Shown: positions 27,405-39,612 of the stretch, piece after piece | Position numbering within the stretch: the first letter of the stretch is position 1 | How the letters are laid out: every line of letters starts with the position of its first letter | Source: Octopus sinensis | Taxonomy: Eukaryota | NCBI RefSeq assembly: GCF_006345805.1 | Contig: NC_043001.1 | Location: forward strand, 9,734,001-9,798,000 | Length of the DNA stretch: 64,000 nucleotides | Direction of reading: 5' to 3' | Notes under the pieces: generated by a model | Database searches by the model: none | Seen by the model: the letters and a program-made list of their open reading frames with translations, nothing else | Told to the model about the DNA's origin: nothing | Made by a program: the position numbers and the translations under genes

Positions 27405-27655
27405 GTGGGCATATGGTGTAGTGGTTAAGAGCATGGGCTACTAATCCCAAGATTCCGAGTTCAATTCTAAGCAGTGACCTGAATAATAATAATAATAATA
27501 ATAATATCAAAAAATACCTTAGGAATGAGAACCCAGGTTAGAAATTTCCCCAAGACACCTGATGAAAGCTGGAGTGTATATCAGCCAAAACGTTGTGTTA
27601 ACAACAAACAAGATGAGGACAAATATCCATCAAATGTAAATAAAGTAAATAATGT
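27405..27655 (+). mobile_element. SINE-like element: tRNA head + (AAT)n + Penelope-type hammerhead tail
   Basis: A box TGGTGTAGTGG (27414-27424), B box GAGTTCAATTC (27457-27467), (AAT)n, then the HHR at 27554-27599; same architecture at 63729-64000. Confidence 0.8.
27554..27599 (+). ncRNA. Minimal type I hammerhead ribozyme motif (G12>A in this copy)
   Basis: GACAC-CTGATGA-A-AGCTG-GAGTGTATAT-CAGCC-AAAACGTT-GTGTT. Confidence 0.65.
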
Positions 27656-30600
27656 AATATTTACTGTGTTGAAAATTTGTTTTTTTTTTATTCCCACAAC
27701 ACCTGACTGATTGATTCCCAAAAGTTTTCGACTATTGTTTCAAAGTGACATAGGGTAGATACGGCCAATTAACTCAGCTTCCTCACAATAATGCCATTGT
27801 TACCGAATTGTCATTGGAAAGCGTTCATTACTAATTCGAAGTTAAGGCAGTATGGAGAGTCTTGTTTAAAGCAGGAGAGTAAGAACAATGGAATTTCGTA
27901 CTTTTCCTTTGCATTTATGTGGAAGCTATTCATTCAATTTTATTTCACATCCAATGAAGTTTGAATAGGGAGAAATTGGTGAATAGCAGAATCTGGTTTT
28001 ATGTGAATTCTTTTATGGTTTGACATGTATAGGATTTGCGTAAACCATTTTCGTTGAAGATCATTGCTACCTGCTGCTTAGTGATGGAGGACTTCTCCTC
28101 AAGTGGCATTTCTCCAAATGCTTTGCTGTTCAGTGACTAAATTTGAATTCTTACACGGTTATAAGAATTTACTTTATTCTTTTACTGTTTCTTCTTTAAA
28201 TTACAAGAATTATTCAGGGAAGAATTAAATATTCAAACGGTGATGCTTTTGTAGAGCCATTCTTTTAATTTCTATTTTGTAAAATTGCATTTGCAGCAAT
28301 TTGAATAAATTTAAGCTACCCATGAGTAACATGTCAACATCTTAGTGAACAGAGAAACCAAGGAACTTCTATGCAGTCACACTACTTGCTAAAAATAACA
28401 GCCAAATTTTTCTCAAATCATATACTGCAGTCATAAGAAGAAAAAACTAAAAAAGAACATATTAGATAATATTGGTACTTTGCTGAATCTGGGAAAAAAG
28501 ACTGGATGATCTCTGACATACAGAAACAAACTAATGGAATTACAGTGCTGGGTCTGTGCAAAATCTAAGATGTTTGCTGACTAAGTGGAACCAATCAAAA
28601 GCAATGCGTTGCTGTGTCTGGGGCCAAAAGCTGGGATGGGCACAGATAGGGGTTAATCAATAACCAAAACAGCTATCAAGTGTTACATTAAAGGAGCTCA
28701 TTCACAGCAAAATATTTAAATTTTCCCCAAGGTTTTAAAGCAGATTTTCGGCCGCCAACTAAAATGTTGTTGATATTGTAGCATTTGATAATTTTCATCA
28801 ATATTTAATGTTATGAATAAAAGTCCCCCCCCCCCGCACACACACACACACACACAAAAAAAAGACAAAATTGTTTGAAGAAAATTATTTTGCAACTCAC
28901 CAAAATCACTTCTATCACAGATTAATTAATTAATTAATTAATTAATTCGTAATTTTAGACAAAAACATGGCTTTAGAAAAAAAATGTTTAAAGTAATGAA
29001 TTCATTTTTTTCTTTAAATCTCTAATAATTTGCAAAGAAATGGCCAGGCATTCCAAAACTTTTTTTTAAACTATACATAAAATTATGGACAATATGCTGT
29101 GTGTGTGTGTGTCTGTGTGTTTGAAGAATTTTATCTTGTATGCAAATATCTATATTTTTTTTTTTTTTTGAGTGAGAAGGATCATAACAGCACCATTAAA
29201 CTATGGCTGCCTGGTAAAGAAGTTTGCTTCTCAACCACATGGCTTGAGGCTCAGTTCCTCTGCATGGCACCTTGGACAAGTGTTTTCTATAACCTCAGTG
29301 CCAGCAAAAATCTGTGAGAGGATTTCGTGGGAGAAAACCGAAAGAGGTCCATCGTGTGTGTGTGTGTGTTTCTGTCTCTCATTGTCTCTTTTTTGCCTAA
29401 TAGTCGTAAATGAATATCACGACCACACAGGTGGTATTGTTTGCCTCCAGACTTCTGCTAAAACATATCTGGCCAGAGGTAAAAAGTACCTTGCTTGGAA
29501 ACAGGTGACAGTTGGCAACAAAAGGGGCAGCTAGCAGCAAGAAATATGCCTTGAATTCTGAAACGTGGAAAAGTAGGTGTTAAAATGATGATAATGATTA
29601 ATCTCTTTCTCTCTCATATATATATATATATAGATAGATAGATAGATAGATAGATAAATATATATACGACAGGCTTCTTTCAGTTTCCATCTACCAAATC
29701 CACTTACAAGGCTTTGGTTGGCCTAAGGCTATAGTGGAAGACATTTTCTCAAGGTGCCATGCAGTGGGACTGAACCTGGAACTATGTGGTTCATAAGCAT
29801 GCTAATACCACACGGCCACTCCTAAGCTTATATGTTTCTTAAAAGTCATTACTTTCATCTAATTTCTTAAAGCAGGTGAGATGGGAACTTCTCCATAGAT
29901 AAGACAAGATAAATAATATTCCCAGGTGATCTTGTGCCTCCTTCAACAATTAGGTGAGCTGAAGCACGTAAAATCAAATTCTTTGATCATGAAGATAAAA
30001 TACAGAGAAGAGATTCAAAATCCAGACTTATCAGATTAGACCGGTCCTGACTTGGCAGAGATGTGCAAGGCAAGAGATGGCTACACGGCCTTGTTGTATT
30101 TTTTACGGCTGTTTCCGTTCAAAGCTGAAATCCTTTCAGGGTCAACATTCTAGCCTTTGGCTGTTGAAGTACCAATCCCTGAATGTACTTTTTAGGGAAG
30201 ACTTTGTTGCAGGTATTCAGCTATGTTCTGAGGGTGAGATGATGATGATGGTGGTGATGGTGGTGGTGCTGGTGGGGCTGCAGCATCACCACCACCAGCA
30301 CACACCAGTCTTTGAGATCTAACCAAAGATTCTGGGTTTTGCCATTCCTCTTCTGCAGACACCATAAACGATGCAAAATTTAAATCAACAAATATCAAAA
30401 GCTATATAGATGTCCTTGAGCAGATAATACAAGACAGAATTCCCTTAGTTACATGTTCAAATTTCAGTAAGTCCAGCATTTTGCATTTTGGTCTCTATAG
30501 GGTCAATAAACTAAACAACCAGGTAGGGAAGACTTTGATTGATTATATAAGAGTGTTGTCGCTGTTATCAATATGATCTGCGAGTATACTTCTATCAACA

Positions 30601-31645
30601 GAGGAGGGTATAGATGAACAGATGCCCTAGTATTGAACTTTACTTATCAGCTTTAGCTGGATACATTGAATTCTGCAGTCTGATTTCCTTTGGAGTGAAA
30701 CATTAAACAAAAAAAAGCCAAAATCACTCATTGCAGTTTTAGTCTCTTCTTTGCCCATTTCATGTCACTAGCGCAAGGTTTGTGTCCAGTGGTTTTCTCA
30801 ATAAAGTGGTTTCGTGCCAAAGTTAGAAATCCTTTTAGGGTAATATAGAGGTTTGATTGGCTTTTAGTCAAATTTTCCATGTTCTGTAAATTCAATCAAA
30901 TTTGTCTTCCATCCCACTAAATCTACTAAAACAGAAGCCAGACAACTGTTAAAAGTTGATTAAATTGACTATAAGCTCTCCCCAACTTTTTATTACCTTG
31001 TGTCAATGTTAGAAATATGAATAATAAATATTTTCAATTCTCATCTCAGAGACAATATCTGTAGATTCCCTTTTGCCACATTTCTTGCAATAACATATGT
31101 TTGTTCCCTGAGGCTTCATAGAATAACAGACCTTTTGTCTTTCTATTGTCTTTTTATTCTATTTCTCTTTTACTCTTGTGTGAATAGACAGAAAATGCTA
31201 TGGGAGAAGTGTCAACTTCTTAACCAATCAAAATCCGGTTTTTAATAGGAAAAGATATAAGAAAAAAATAACAAATACTTGCTCCATAAAAATATTTCAG
31301 TGAGTAAATTTGTCGATTAATTCAACAAAAAAAAAAAAAAAAGTGTAAAAATTCAACCCTGAAAATATGCTACAGGAAATATTTGGAGATTGTGAAAGAT
31401 TTCGCATTTGATTCTAACATCAGATCAGTCTAAGGAAAGAAGACGCCATGAAATGAAGTTAAGTTGTAAAAAGACTGAATAGAAAATGAGAGGAGGGAAG
31501 GGGGTACATGTGTGTTTCTGCATGTGTGTATGTATATATATAGCCAGCCAGACACACACACACACACATATGTAATGTGGTTGTTTGGTGAAAAAGCTCA
31601 TTTTGTAATCATGTGGTTTTGGGGTCAGCCACACTGCGCAGTACT

Positions 31646-32060
31646 TATTTCTTTACCACCCACAAGGGGCTAAACACAGAGAGGACAAACAAGTACAGAC
31701 AAATGGATTAAGTCGAATACATCGACCTCAGTGCGTAACTGGTACTTAATTTATCAACCCCGAAAGGATGAAAGGCAAAGTCGACCTCGGCAGAATTTGA
31801 ACTCAGAACGTAGCAGCAGACGAAATACCCATTCCTTCATTACCCACAGGGGGCTAAACACAGAGAGGACAAACAAGGACAGACAAACGGATTAAGGCGA
31901 TTATATCGACCCCAGTGTGTAACTGGTACTTATTTAATCAACCCTGAAAGGATGAAAGGCAAAGTCGACCTCGGCGGAATTTGAACCCAGAACGTAAAGG
32001 CAGACGAAATACTACTAAACATTTTGCCTGGCATGCTAATGTGTCTGCCAGCTCGCCACC
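31646..32060 (-). mobile_element. Tandem dimer of Meta-type SINEs
   Basis: Two copies (31646-31829, truncated; ~31836-32060) flanked by a ~125-bp direct repeat. Confidence 0.85.
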
Positions 32061-33774
32061 TTTGCATGTGTATGTGTATATATATAGCCAGCCAGCCAGA
32101 CACACACACACACACACACACATGTGATGTGGGTGTTTGGTGAAAAAGCTCATTTTGCAGTCATGTGGTTTTGGGGTCAGCCACATGCGCAGTACCTTAC
32201 GCAAGCATCTTCTACTACAGCTTCAGGCCAACCAAAGTCTTGTGAGTGGATATGGTTGACAGAAGGAAACCTACCATGTGTATGCATTTATATATACATG
32301 TGCACGTGTATACGACTGTGTTTGTATGTACCCTTGTCTTGATATTGCATGGTAATTGTAAACGAGTGTTTCATGCGAGCAGAGCTGTTTGGTTGAAATT
32401 CTGGCTACAGGGAGAGTAACAGGGGAGGACTGGCAGCAGGAAGGACAACCATCTGCAGAATATCTGCCTCAATAATTCCAGTAGACTCAGGCAAGCATGG
32501 AAAAGTGAATGCTAACTGATACATATATTAGGAAGTTAAATTTTTAGATGTGAATCCTCACAAATCACTACTTAGCTCTCCATTTCCGTTTGCCAAACAA
32601 GAAAATCTCAACTCGAAATATTTTTTTATCCCACTAAACTTTAGACTACAGAATTTCTTTCACTTAATTGCATACATTTTCGTATACTTATATATTCTTT
32701 ATATCTTGCAAGTTAAGAATTCTTCAGGTTTTGGTTTTGGCTTTGAAAATCTAGTTTCACTTAGGATGCACATCTCTCAAAAGTACTATTGTGATACGGT
32801 AGTTTTAAATAAATTAACACTTGTATATCCTGTCTTTGATTTCTATCTAATTAACACCAACATCAGTCTCTACTTTAATTGGCACCTTATCCAGATGCCA
32901 ACGTTTTTAAAAAGTGTCTCTTTTGGAAGAAAGTTCTTCTGAATCAAAGATATAAATAAAAATACAGACAAATATATAAAAGAAATTGAGAAACTAATTG
33001 TAGGTTTAGATTGTTTTTGTTTACTTATTGTGTTTTTCTTTTTAATTTTTTTCTTTTTCCATGAATGCAAAGCATGGCTGACTGGTTAAGTAATATACTT
33101 CCAACTGTGAGGATTTGGGTTCAATCTCAAGGTTTGACATCTTGGTCAAGTCTTTAACTATAGCATTTGATCAGACAAAGCCTTGGAGGTGAAATTACAT
33201 TGGTGGAAACTGTATGGAAGCCCACCAAATAAATTGTACCAGTAATTCAATTGGTCCACCCTTGTAACATCATATCATACTGGCTCTATCTGAGAATTAC
33301 TTTTAATGGTACCCAGTTCTGTGTAGTACTCAACCACTTGTTGTTTAACCAACTGAATGCTCATCATAGAAACTGATGGAGGACCCATCATTTTGTTGTT
33401 ATACTTTGACAACACTGTTACATTCTTTAATATTCTTCCCAATCTTCTCCCTCGTTAAAACTCGTACCTATGACTCTAATTATCGACATTAATAAACTAA
33501 ATGAATTTTTTTTTTAGAAAGACAAAAAGGAAAAAAAAATGTCTCTTTGAACTTTTCAAAAAGATTTTCTCTTCTAATTTCTGAAATTTGAATTTGATCA
33601 GAACGGTAATGCTGCATTCCTTGTGTTGAAACATTAACCAATTCTTGTGAAACCTTCAACTGCTCATCTCAAAGATTAAGTAGGAAACAAGAGATGAACA
33701 GACGATAGAGAAGAGACAATGAGAGACAACAATCTTATGCGTGTGTGCGTATGCATGTGTAAATATGTGTGTGT

Positions 33775-33779
33775 GTTTG

Positions 33780-33810
<31 letters not shown>

Positions 33811-34006
33811 TGTATGTGTATGTATGTATATATATGTATATATATATATATATTGTATGTGTGTGTATATATATATATTGTATGTGTATGTATGTATATA
33901 TATATATATAATATATATATATTGTATGTGTATGTGTGTATATATATATAATATATATATATATATTGTATGTGTATGTGTGTATATATATATATTGTAT
34001 GTGTAT

Positions 34007-34081
<75 letters not shown>

Positions 34082-34280
34082 TATATGAACAAATGAGTGT
34101 GTGTATATGTAAGATGTATGAACATATGAGTGTGTGTGTGTAAGATATTACAACGTGTGTGTGTGTGTGTATGTAAGATATATGAACATGTGTGTGTGTG
34201 TGTGTGTAAGATATATGAACGTGTGTGTGTGTGTATGTAAGATATATGAACGTGTGTGTATCTGTGTGTGTGTGCATGCA
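33775..34280. repeat. (TA)/(TG)n compound microsatellite with TAAGATATATGAAC subunits
   Basis: Direct inspection. Confidence 0.9.
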
Positions 34281-35365
34281 AGTTTGTTTAAAAAGAACAA
34301 GATTAATGTTTATTCGCTAATCAGCGATTCCTTTTCAAGCTTTAGAAAATCTTTGGTTTGGTTTGAAATTAACTTCCATCTCCTAACTTTGAACAACTGG
34401 TTTCTTTATAGTGTCTCCTCTCTCTCCTGTTTGAACAACTTTAAAAGTCTCTTTTATTAAAATCAAAATAAATAATAAAAAAAAACAAAAAGTAAACAAT
34501 TGATAAGGAACTTATTTTCAAGGTAGAATAATTCCATTCATGATTCTGGAATAAATTATTAAGGGCAAAGAAGAAAATTTAAAATAATAATAATAATAAA
34601 ACAAATAATAATAATAATAACAACAATATTTAATAATAACACTCAAACAAACAAAAATTTAATTTAGATATTTTAACGAATAAAATTCATATTATAAAAA
34701 CATTTGATTCTATAAACATTGGAATTAAAAATGAATCATGCTGTTGAAAAATTCAAATCCCTAAGAAAATAGTATTATAATTATTTAAATATTTTGAAAT
34801 TTATGGCATTACTTTTTTATATTCTTTTTCTTTTTCATATTTTTTTTTTCCTTCTCCAAATTCAATTTCTAACAAATTCTCATGTATTCAACGCAGGTAC
34901 CTTCGAAATTCCTTTCACTGCATAACATCTTTTTCAAACTGTAGGTGCTCGTCCTTTCATTGTGTCAATATTCATGCTGGCATCTTAATCAGATCACCCT
35001 GGATTCTTCGTATTTCATAACACATCACAACGCTTCCATTGCGGGTTCAAAACATTAAAATTTGCATTTTATTTCCCATTTTCAATTCAGGAGGTGATTG
35101 GTCTTCGAATGTGCATCCTTGTGTTAAAATATTCAAAATAAAGGACACCCGCTGTCTTGGACTTCAGCCACTAGGGCACCACCTTCAAGGATTCTAGCCA
35201 TTTATATTGATCGTAGAATTTTGTCTGGTCCTTGCTTTATTGTTCTTGTAAAATATGAAATGCAAATAGAGCAGTGGCGTAAGGGGAGATAATTCAACTG
35301 TGCATACACATTGTAGAGTATTTCTGTTCAACTTCAACAGTTTCTTCGTCACACTGATATAAGCA

Positions 35366-35650
35366 GAACTCTGTTGGTTGTGATGACGAGGGTCCCAGAT
35401 GATACGATCAACAGCTTGCTTGTGAAATTACCATGCAAGTGGCTGAGCACTCCACAGTCACGTGTACCCTTAACATAGTTCTCAGGGATTCAGCTTGACA
35501 CAGAGTGTGATAAGGCCGATAATGTTTTGAAATACAGGTACTACAACATGAAATAAAGTGTCTTGCTCAAGGACACGTGTCACTGGGAATTGAACTCATG
35601 GCCTTACAATCGTGAGTTGAATGCCCTGACCACTAAGCCATGTGCCTTCA
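35366..35650 (-). mobile_element. tRNA-headed SINE with CORE-like segment and second tail type (T2)
   Basis: Reverse complement TGGCTTAGTGG...GAGTTCAATTCC, then GTGTCCTTGAGCAAGACACTT, then a tail shared with 41640-41820; an extra head at ~35660-35722. Confidence 0.7.
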
Positions 35651-35745
35651 TGCACAGCATGTCACCAGGAATTGAACTCACGACCTTACAATCCTGAGTC
35701 GATTGCCCTGACCACTAAGCCACACACTGATATAAACATCATGTA

Positions 35746-35940
35746 TACAGTAATCCCTTGACTATCGTAGGTGTTACGTTCCAACCCTGCCCCCACCCCA
35801 ATAGCTGAAAATCCATGATGTAGAAACAGTACTGTACTGTATATTTTTTTTAATTATTTGTATAATTTGTATATATTTGTTTTATTATAAATGCAAAACA
35901 ACACCACGGAGGAATCGACAGGGATTTTTTGAGTTTTTTT
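35746..35940 (+). mobile_element. pogo/Tigger-like DNA transposon left end
   Basis: TA+CAGTAATCCCTTGACTATCGTAGG resembles Tigger terminal inverted repeats (TIRs; from memory); no partner end found. Confidence 0.5.
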
Positions 35941-36952
35941 TATTTTATTTTTTGTTAACACATTTATTAAATTCAAGCAGAACTTTTTCCGATTCATTAC
36001 TCTTTATATCTAAGGTGGCATGTTGGGGGAATTATTAGAGACTTGGATAGAAAACACAACAGTCTTCATTCTTACCCTTTGTCTATGAAAGTTCAGATCC
36101 TACTGATGTCGACTTTACCTAGCATTCTTTCAGTATTACTAAAGTACCAGTCAAATACTAGCACCAACTCTTCTCTAGCCCTCTTTCTCTCTCTCTCTGT
36201 TTGCTAGTCTGTCTCTTTCTCTCTCTCTCTCACTCGCCCCTTCTACTTCCTCTCTCTCTCTTTCTCTCTCTCTCTCCCTCACTCTGTCTCTCTTTCTCTC
36301 TCTTCTTCAAAGGTTTAGCCATGTCACATTGTGTCACACTAGCTCAACCTGACAATTTCATTAAGGGTACATATGCCTATTGACTATTTGGCCTCTTACA
36401 TGCTATCTTCATTAGTAGGAATTCAGTTAATTGAACAACCGAATGCTAATCATTAAGATCGACAGTGGATCCTCCCTTTCATTTTCATAATTATCACTGG
36501 TGTATTAAGATGAAATACAGAATTACACAAACTGCTTTGAATGGAGCTGAGTAAATTGGTGGTAATCTTTCAACTAGCATTATTAAAGAATTACTATTTA
36601 CATGAGTTCGCTTCCATTCTATATTCTAGCCATCTGACATTTCTTTTATGTCTTCTGCCGTTTCAAAATCTCCGGTTTCCCCCAAGTTATATTTCATTAT
36701 AAATTTGGGCTCAGGCTACAATTCCCTCTAGCATATCATGTTTTAGAAATATAGAGATATTCACAAGGGACCATATTTGGGAAAGGAATGGTGAAACTTA
36801 AGTCGTTTGACTGGGAGTTCTTCAAATAGAATTAGTTTCTTTATATTCAGTTTCTTTTATTCTCTGATACCCTTGAATTAAATGGATACTGGATCTCATC
36901 CACAATAACCCTATTTTCAGAATGTCTTTCTTAGATCTGCTAGAACATATTG

Positions 36953-36988
<36 letters not shown>

Positions 36989-37107
36989 GTTGTTATTATT
37001 CAGTTGAACATTGGGGTCAATGTAATTGACTTACTCACCTCCTTCTAAAATCACTGGTTTTGTGCCAAAATTTGAAACCATTTTTATTAGCAGTAGTATT
37101 TGTGTTA

Positions 37108-37812
37108 TTAACCCTTTTGATACCAACCTGACTGAAACCGGTTCTGATTCTGTAGTATAAAAGCCTTGTTTTCATAGGTTTTGAATTAAAATCTTCCACC
37201 AAAGCTTAGTCGCAATTTATGTTCCTAACAGTAGTTATTTTACTAAATTCTTTGTTATATTTAAAATTGAAAGAAACTCAGAGCATTTTGATAGAAATAT
37301 GGTAACAAAAGGGTTAACAAATGATTAATTTCACCCTTTCAATACCAACCTGACTGAAACCGCCTCTGGCTCTGTAGTAGAAATGTCTTGTTTCCAAAAC
37401 TTCTGAATTAAAAGCTTCCACCAAACCTTAGTCACAATTTATGTTCCTAACACTAGCTGAATGATAACTAAGTTATTTTACTAAATTCTTTGTTATATTT
37501 AAAATTAATTGAAAGAAAAACAGAACATCTCAACAGAAATATGTTAACAATAGGGTTAAAATATATAATAGAGAAACAATTCTTAACCATTTTGATACCA
37601 ACCCAACTGAAACCGCTTCTGGCTCTGTAGTACAAATGTCTTGTTTCCAAAAGTTCTGAATTAAAATCTTCCACCAAACCTTAGTCACAATTTATGTTCC
37701 TAACACTAGCTGAATGATAACTAAGTTATTTTACTAAATTCATTGTTATGTTTAAAATTAATTGAAAGAAACACAGAGCATCTCAAAATAAATACAGTAA
37801 CAAATGGGTTAA
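37108..37812. mobile_element. Three adjacent family A MITEs (37108-37317, 37330-37559, 37583-37812)
   Basis: TTAA-CCC/GGG-TTAA termini; the last two are joined by the 23-nt linker AATATATAATAGAGAAACAATTC. Confidence 0.9.
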
Positions 37813-38035
37813 TGAGGGTGGATTGGCACAATTATTTGCATGTCAGATGAAAATGCTTAGAGGTATGTATTTCTTCCAACTCATTAAGTTCAAAGTTCAA
37901 ATTCCACCAAGATCAACTATGCCTTTCGAGGTTGATAAGTACCACTTAAACACTGGGAGGTCGATGTAACCGATTGTCCCCTCCTCTACAAATTTCTAAC
38001 CTTGTGCCAAAATTATTATTATTATTATTGTTATA

Positions 38036-38249
38036 AAGGCAGCGAGCTGGCAGAATCGTTAGCATGCCGGGCAAAATGCTTAGCAGTATTTTGTCTGTTG
38101 TTATGCTCTGAGTTCAAATTCCACCGAGATTGACTTTGCCTTTCATCCTTTCAGGGTTGATAAATTAAGTACCAGTGAAATACTGGGGCCAATGTAATAG
38201 CCTAGTTCCCTCCTCCAAATTTCAAGCCCTTGTGCCTATAGTAGAAAGG

Positions 38250-38262
<13 letters not shown>
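38036..38262 (+). mobile_element. Meta-type SINE, short-tail variant ending in (ATT)n
   Basis: AAGGCAGCGAGCTGGCAGAATCG head, GAGTTCAAATTCC B box and Meta-like domain; relatives at ~37855-38010, 38678-38905, 52640-52745, 54535-54730 and 63440-63645. Confidence 0.8.
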
Positions 38263-38278
<16 letters not shown>

Positions 38279-38282
<4 letters not shown>

Positions 38283-38652
38283 TCCTCCTTAGCAAAGAAA
38301 GAGGTATTGTTTTCAGTCATATCTGTTTGTTTGTCCATGGACAAAGATATCTCAAGAACTGCTAGCTGGACTCAAATAAAACTTTCAGGGATGTTTGGCC
38401 TCGTGACTGGCACAAACTGATTTGATTTGGGGATCAATCTGGTACCAGACTAGAATTCTGAATTATTTTTCTGGTTTTTTTTTTTTTTTTTTACTTAATT
38501 TTTGAGAGCAGTCAGGTTCATCTTTATCAGTCTTGTCTTTGAAACTAGTCAAGTTTATTTCAGATATTCTTTTAAAAATCATCTCTGGCTAATTGTTAAG
38601 AGGACGTTGGTGTTGCCTTGGTGGAGGTTTGCACTCTCTAAGTGCTCTTGTA
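38279..38652 (+). mobile_element. Helentron-associated (HINE/DINE-1-like) non-autonomous element
   Basis: 5' TACCTCC...GAGGTATTGTTTTC...(GTTT) repeats; 3' CCTTGGTGGAGGT (38616-38628) followed by hairpin GCACTCTCTAAGTGC; a second 3' end at ~18940-18985. Confidence 0.65.
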
Positions 38653-39137
38653 ATTATTATTATTATTATTATTATTACAGCAGAAAGCAGACAGAATCAT
38701 TAACACACTCAATATAATGCTGAGCAGTATTTTGTGTGTTTTTACATTCTGAGTTCAAATTCCACCAAGGTCAACTTTGCCTTTCGTCCTTTGAGGGTCA
38801 ATGAAATAAGTGCCTGTTGAATACAGAAGTCTATATAATAGACTAGGCCCCTCCCCACAAATTTCTGGCCTTGTGCCTCCAATAGAAATTGTTTCTGTTA
38901 CTATTATTAGTCTCAGCTTAAGTTCCAGAAGCCAAAAATATTTCTTGCTGTTTGTTGCTCCCAGCATTCAGATTTTGTTTGGTTTAATTTCCACCATTTA
39001 TCAAGGTCATAGACACAACCTATTCATAAGTTTTAATTTCATTAAATGACAATTACCATTTGAACATTTAGCTAATTATTATTAAATTTGTTATCAGCTC
39101 CGGATGGATATTGATAAGTTGATATTTATAATGAGTG

Positions 39138-39612
39138 TTAACCCTTTTGTTACCAACCCGGCTGAAACTGACCCTCGCTCTGTAGTACAAATGTCTTGTT
39201 TCATAAGTTTTGAATTTAAATTTTCCACAAAACAGTCACAATTTATGTTCCTAACACTAGCTGAATGATAACTAAGTTACCTTACTAAATTTTTGTTACA
39301 TTTAAATTAATTGAAAGAAACATAGAGTATCACAACAGAAATATTGTACGGAAAGGGTTAAAATATACAATAGAGAAACAATTCTTATCCCTTTCGTTAC
39401 CAACCCAGCTGAAACCGCCCCTAGCTCTGTAGTACAAATGTCTTGTTTCATAAGTTTTGAATTTAAATCTTCCACCAAACCTTAGTCACAATTTATGTTC
39501 CTAACACTAGCTGAATGACAACTAAGTTACTTTACTAAATTCTTTGTTACATTAAAAGTAATTGAAAGAAACACAGATCATCTCAACAGAAATACAGAAA
39601 CGAAAGGGTTAA
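39138..39612. mobile_element. Dimer of family A MITEs (39138-39361 and 39385-39612)
   Basis: Linker AATATACAATAGAGAAACAATTC at 39362-39384. Confidence 0.9.

Noticed and set aside
36520-36900. Minus-strand protein-like stretch PEPKFIMKYNLGETGDFETAEDIKEMSDG*
   Set aside because: Several in-frame stops and no family recognised; may reflect purine richness.
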